Assembly (NCBI GenBank): GCA_002104945.1
Contig: MCFH01000041.1
Coordinates: 124,001 to 188,000, forward strand
Reading direction: 5' to 3'
DNA length: 64,000 nucleotides
DNA from: Piromyces finnis finn
Taxonomy: Eukaryota > Fungi > Neocallimastigomycota
Shown: one piece after another, positions 60,996 through 64,000 of the stretch
Layout of the letters: each line of letters opens with the position of its first letter
How positions within the stretch are numbered: the stretch's first letter is position 1
Notes under the pieces: generated by a model
What the model was told of the DNA's origin: nothing
The model's input: only the letters and a program-made list of their open reading frames with translations
Database searches by the model: none
Program-made: the position numbers and the translations under genes

Positions 60996-63506
60996 TGTTG
61001 ATAATATTAACAATATTAATAATATTAATAATAATATAGATGTCAAATAAATGATGAAAGTTTATGGAGAGAAACTTATATATCTTCAATTTTAAGATCT
61101 ATATTATATGATGAGGAATATATAAGTATGAAAATGAAACGACATACTTTGATATTTATTAATTAATATAGATAATACTAACTATTTTTTTAAATTTATT
61201 ATAAAATATTTAATGTAGAAAATTGTAATGAAGATTTTGGAATTATTTCAGGAATCAAAAGAATTAACATATTTGACAGTGAAGAAGATGAAGATGAATT
61301 TTTAAGAGCAGCTAAAACTATTTATGACTCTGGAAAATACAAATTTGGTCAAAATGATGAAGCTATTCATCCAACAATATCAAATAATTATCTTACTCAA
61401 GCAATTGTAAAATATTTCACTAATACTAAAAAGCAAGATAAGGCTATAAAATTTTTCCAAGAAATTTATAAGACTAATCCAGAAATTGGTTCAGTTATAT
61501 CAAAACTCTCTTTCGATAGTAATCATGTTATTGAAGGTATTACTACACTTCATAATGCTGTTCAAAGCGGAAGTCATTCATACGAACTTTTTATTGCTCA
61601 AGCTAATTTCCTTAGAGAAAAAGGACGTTTCAAGGAAGCCCTTGCTATTGCCAATAAGGCTGTTATTAACGCTATAACAGAATTTTATCCATGGGAATTA
61701 TTAGCTAATCTTTATGTTGATTTAAATGAATATGAAAAAGCTTTGCAAGCATTGAACTCATGCCCAATGATCTCAAATAAAAAGAAGGATCTTTCTGGAA
61801 AAAATTTTTGTAGACCATCAAAAAAGAGAATACCACATAATGATAACATTCCAACTATCCATGATTCTGAGCTTCATGCCTTAGATGTTTATTATTCTAT
61901 TATAGAAAATGATGATGATGATAACGAAAAATTTAGTGATGTATGTTTTTATTTTATTTCTTAAATTTTATTATAATTTCATTATAAATTATTAAAAATA
62001 AATTGAAAGGGCAAAGTCTTAAGTTTAATAGTAATTTGATTAATTATTTTTAACGATTTATTAATTTTTAAATTATTTAAACCTAAAATTAATAGGTTCA
62101 TCCCGACTTTTTAAAATTACCAGGAAAAAGATTGTATGGTACATATAAAAAAGCATATAAAGTTTTAATTCGTATTTTAAATAATGTAGGTTGGGATAAT
62201 TTATTACAATATCGTTCAAAAGTCTTCATTATGGAAGAAGAATATAAATTAAATGTTCAATTTAAAACTCCGGAATCTGAAGAAAAAATAGCGAATAAAG
62301 AAAAAGAAATGAATAAGCTAAAGGTTAAAAAAAGAATGCAAAGTTTAGTAAGAAATAAGCCAGTTTTGGAATCAACCAATTCATTAATTGATAATAAATT
62401 GAGTGAAAAAAATAATAAAAATACCAATACAACAGAAAAGAATGATGGAATAATAACAACACGTATTACACCATTCTCTGAAGATGCTAACGAAGAAAAA
62501 ATGAACCAAAAAATAAATGAAATAAATTTAAATAAGGATGAAGAAAAACCAAAACAATCAGAAGAAAAGATTGTTATAGAATTTGATAATAAGGAAAATG
62601 CCGAAAAGGAAAAAAAGGTTGTATTAAAATTTGAAAATGAAGAAGCATTAAATAGTATGGAAAGTCTTCGTATCAAATTCGATGAAGAAACTTCAAATAA
62701 CGATAATGGTGAAGAAGTAAAAGAAGAAGATCAAGTAAGCTATAAACATTATTGAATATATACTAAATTATGATATTTTTATAAAATAAAATCGAACTAT
62801 TAATTCAATTCAAATTTTTATCATAATAATAATAGTCTAAACAATTACCAAGAATGCATTCTTATAGGATGGCATTAACCACAAAACGTTTATGTGAACG
62901 CTGGTTAGATAATATGTTTATGGTATTATATGAGGTAAGAATTAAAATATTGTTTTAAAAATAATTATCTAAATAGTTTTTAGTTGATTGAATATAATTT
63001 AATATTATTGTTAAAATAATTAAATAAATGATTAAAAATTACAGGATCTTAGAGTATTTTCATTGTATCAAGTTGAAGTTAAACAACCATATTTAATCAA
63101 GAAATTCTATTATAGTCAATCTGCTAAAGAATGGGAATTCTATGGTGATTTAGCTTTAAGATTGGGTTATAAGGTAATTTAAAATATTTATTATTTACTT
63201 CATTATTTAGTTTTACATATAATTAAAAACTATCTATCTTTATTAATAAATAAATATTAATAATATTGTTTGTTTTTCAATGATTATATATTTTAAAGGA
63301 TGAAGCCCTTGATGCTTATATTCGTTCATTTAACAGCAAATATTCTGTTGATTGTCTTGTTAAAATTTTAAGAATTCATACTGAATTTAAACAAATTAAT
63401 GCTGCTTTGAATATTATTAATCAATTAATACTTGTTAAAGAATATACTTTTGACAATTCTTTCGTAAGTATTTTATCTATCAATAATTTTAAAGAAAATA
63501 AAAATA

Positions 63507-63589
<83 letters not shown>

Positions 63590-63794
63590 AAAAATTTTAT
63601 AAAATAAAAAAAAAAAACTGTTTAAAATTTAATAGTATCCAAATGAAATATGTAATTCACTAGTAAGTCTTATTGATGTTGATGGTTTGGAAATAGTTAA
63701 CAATATTGCTACTAATTGTAGTCACTATGAATTAATAAAACCATACTTTGCCTATATTGAAAAATTAAATAAGAGAATTTGTACTAAAGAATAA
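59709..63794 (+). CDS. BCH1: ChAP family exomer cargo adaptor (Bch1/Bud7/Chs6-like); 13 exons
   Basis: Spliced translation includes ELGPPDLC, YHYILGINASSSASLATYI, WKITNGIYCCYNIFSKVDIRVEVQIPG, WRETYISSILRSIL, a TPR-like segment (ALQALNSCPM), KLPGKRLYGTYKKAYKVL...VGWDNLLQYRSKVFIMEEEY, KRLCERWLDNMFMVLYEDLR and EWEFYGDLALRL. Confidence 0.93.
63506..63586. repeat. (AAT)n immediately followed by (ATT)n: palindromic trinucleotide tract in the last BCH1 intron
   Basis: aataat...aataat|attatt...att; about 8 AAT units then about 18 ATT units. Confidence 0.9.
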
Positions 63795-63917
63795 AAATAT
63801 AGAGACTATTAATCAAGAAACTTTTAAAACTATTAAGATATATAAAAAATTTGAAAAAATATAACTTAATTTTATTTTAATAATTTAATTTTTTTTTTTT
63901 TTTTTACTTCCATTCTA

Positions 63918-63956
<39 letters not shown>

Positions 63957-64000
63957 TAATATAAATAAATAAATAATATTAAAGAGCATAAATAATAATT

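Noticed and set aside
60874-63607. Poly-Ile/poly-Leu ORFs (60874-61089 and 63407-63607)
   Set aside because: Translations of intronic (AAT)/(ATT) microsatellites in BCH1.

Overview
Extremely AT-rich, intron-rich eukaryotic genomic DNA using the standard code. The mix of fungal genes (MSS4, FMP27, ChAP/exomer, calcineurin A) with a flagellar dynein-assembly gene (DNAAF1/ODA7) points to a zoosporic fungus, most likely an anaerobic gut fungus (Neocallimastigomycota); this is an inference. By manually joining GT-AG exons I traced 13 protein-coding genes: the 5' end of a GGTase-I beta subunit (absent from the ORF track), DNAAF1, an Arg/Asp-repeat protein, an ARM+BTB protein, PI4P 5-kinase, FMP27/BLTP2, a PP1-targeting (RVxF) protein, calcineurin A, an RGS-like protein, an uncharacterised membrane protein, a VASt sterol-transfer protein, a tandem CBM5/12-like protein and a ChAP exomer subunit. 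I found no supportable rRNA, tRNA, CRISPR array or intact transposon. The most interesting signals are: a calcineurin A with a rewritten PxIxIT-docking hairpin; a 9-copy KPLIEEIHD array in DNAAF1; an apparently cytosolic tandem chitin-binding-like protein; a GRAM-less VASt protein; frequent AAG splice acceptors; and a possible polarity/cell-wall/membrane-contact gene neighbourhood. All family assignments are from motif recognition without database searches.
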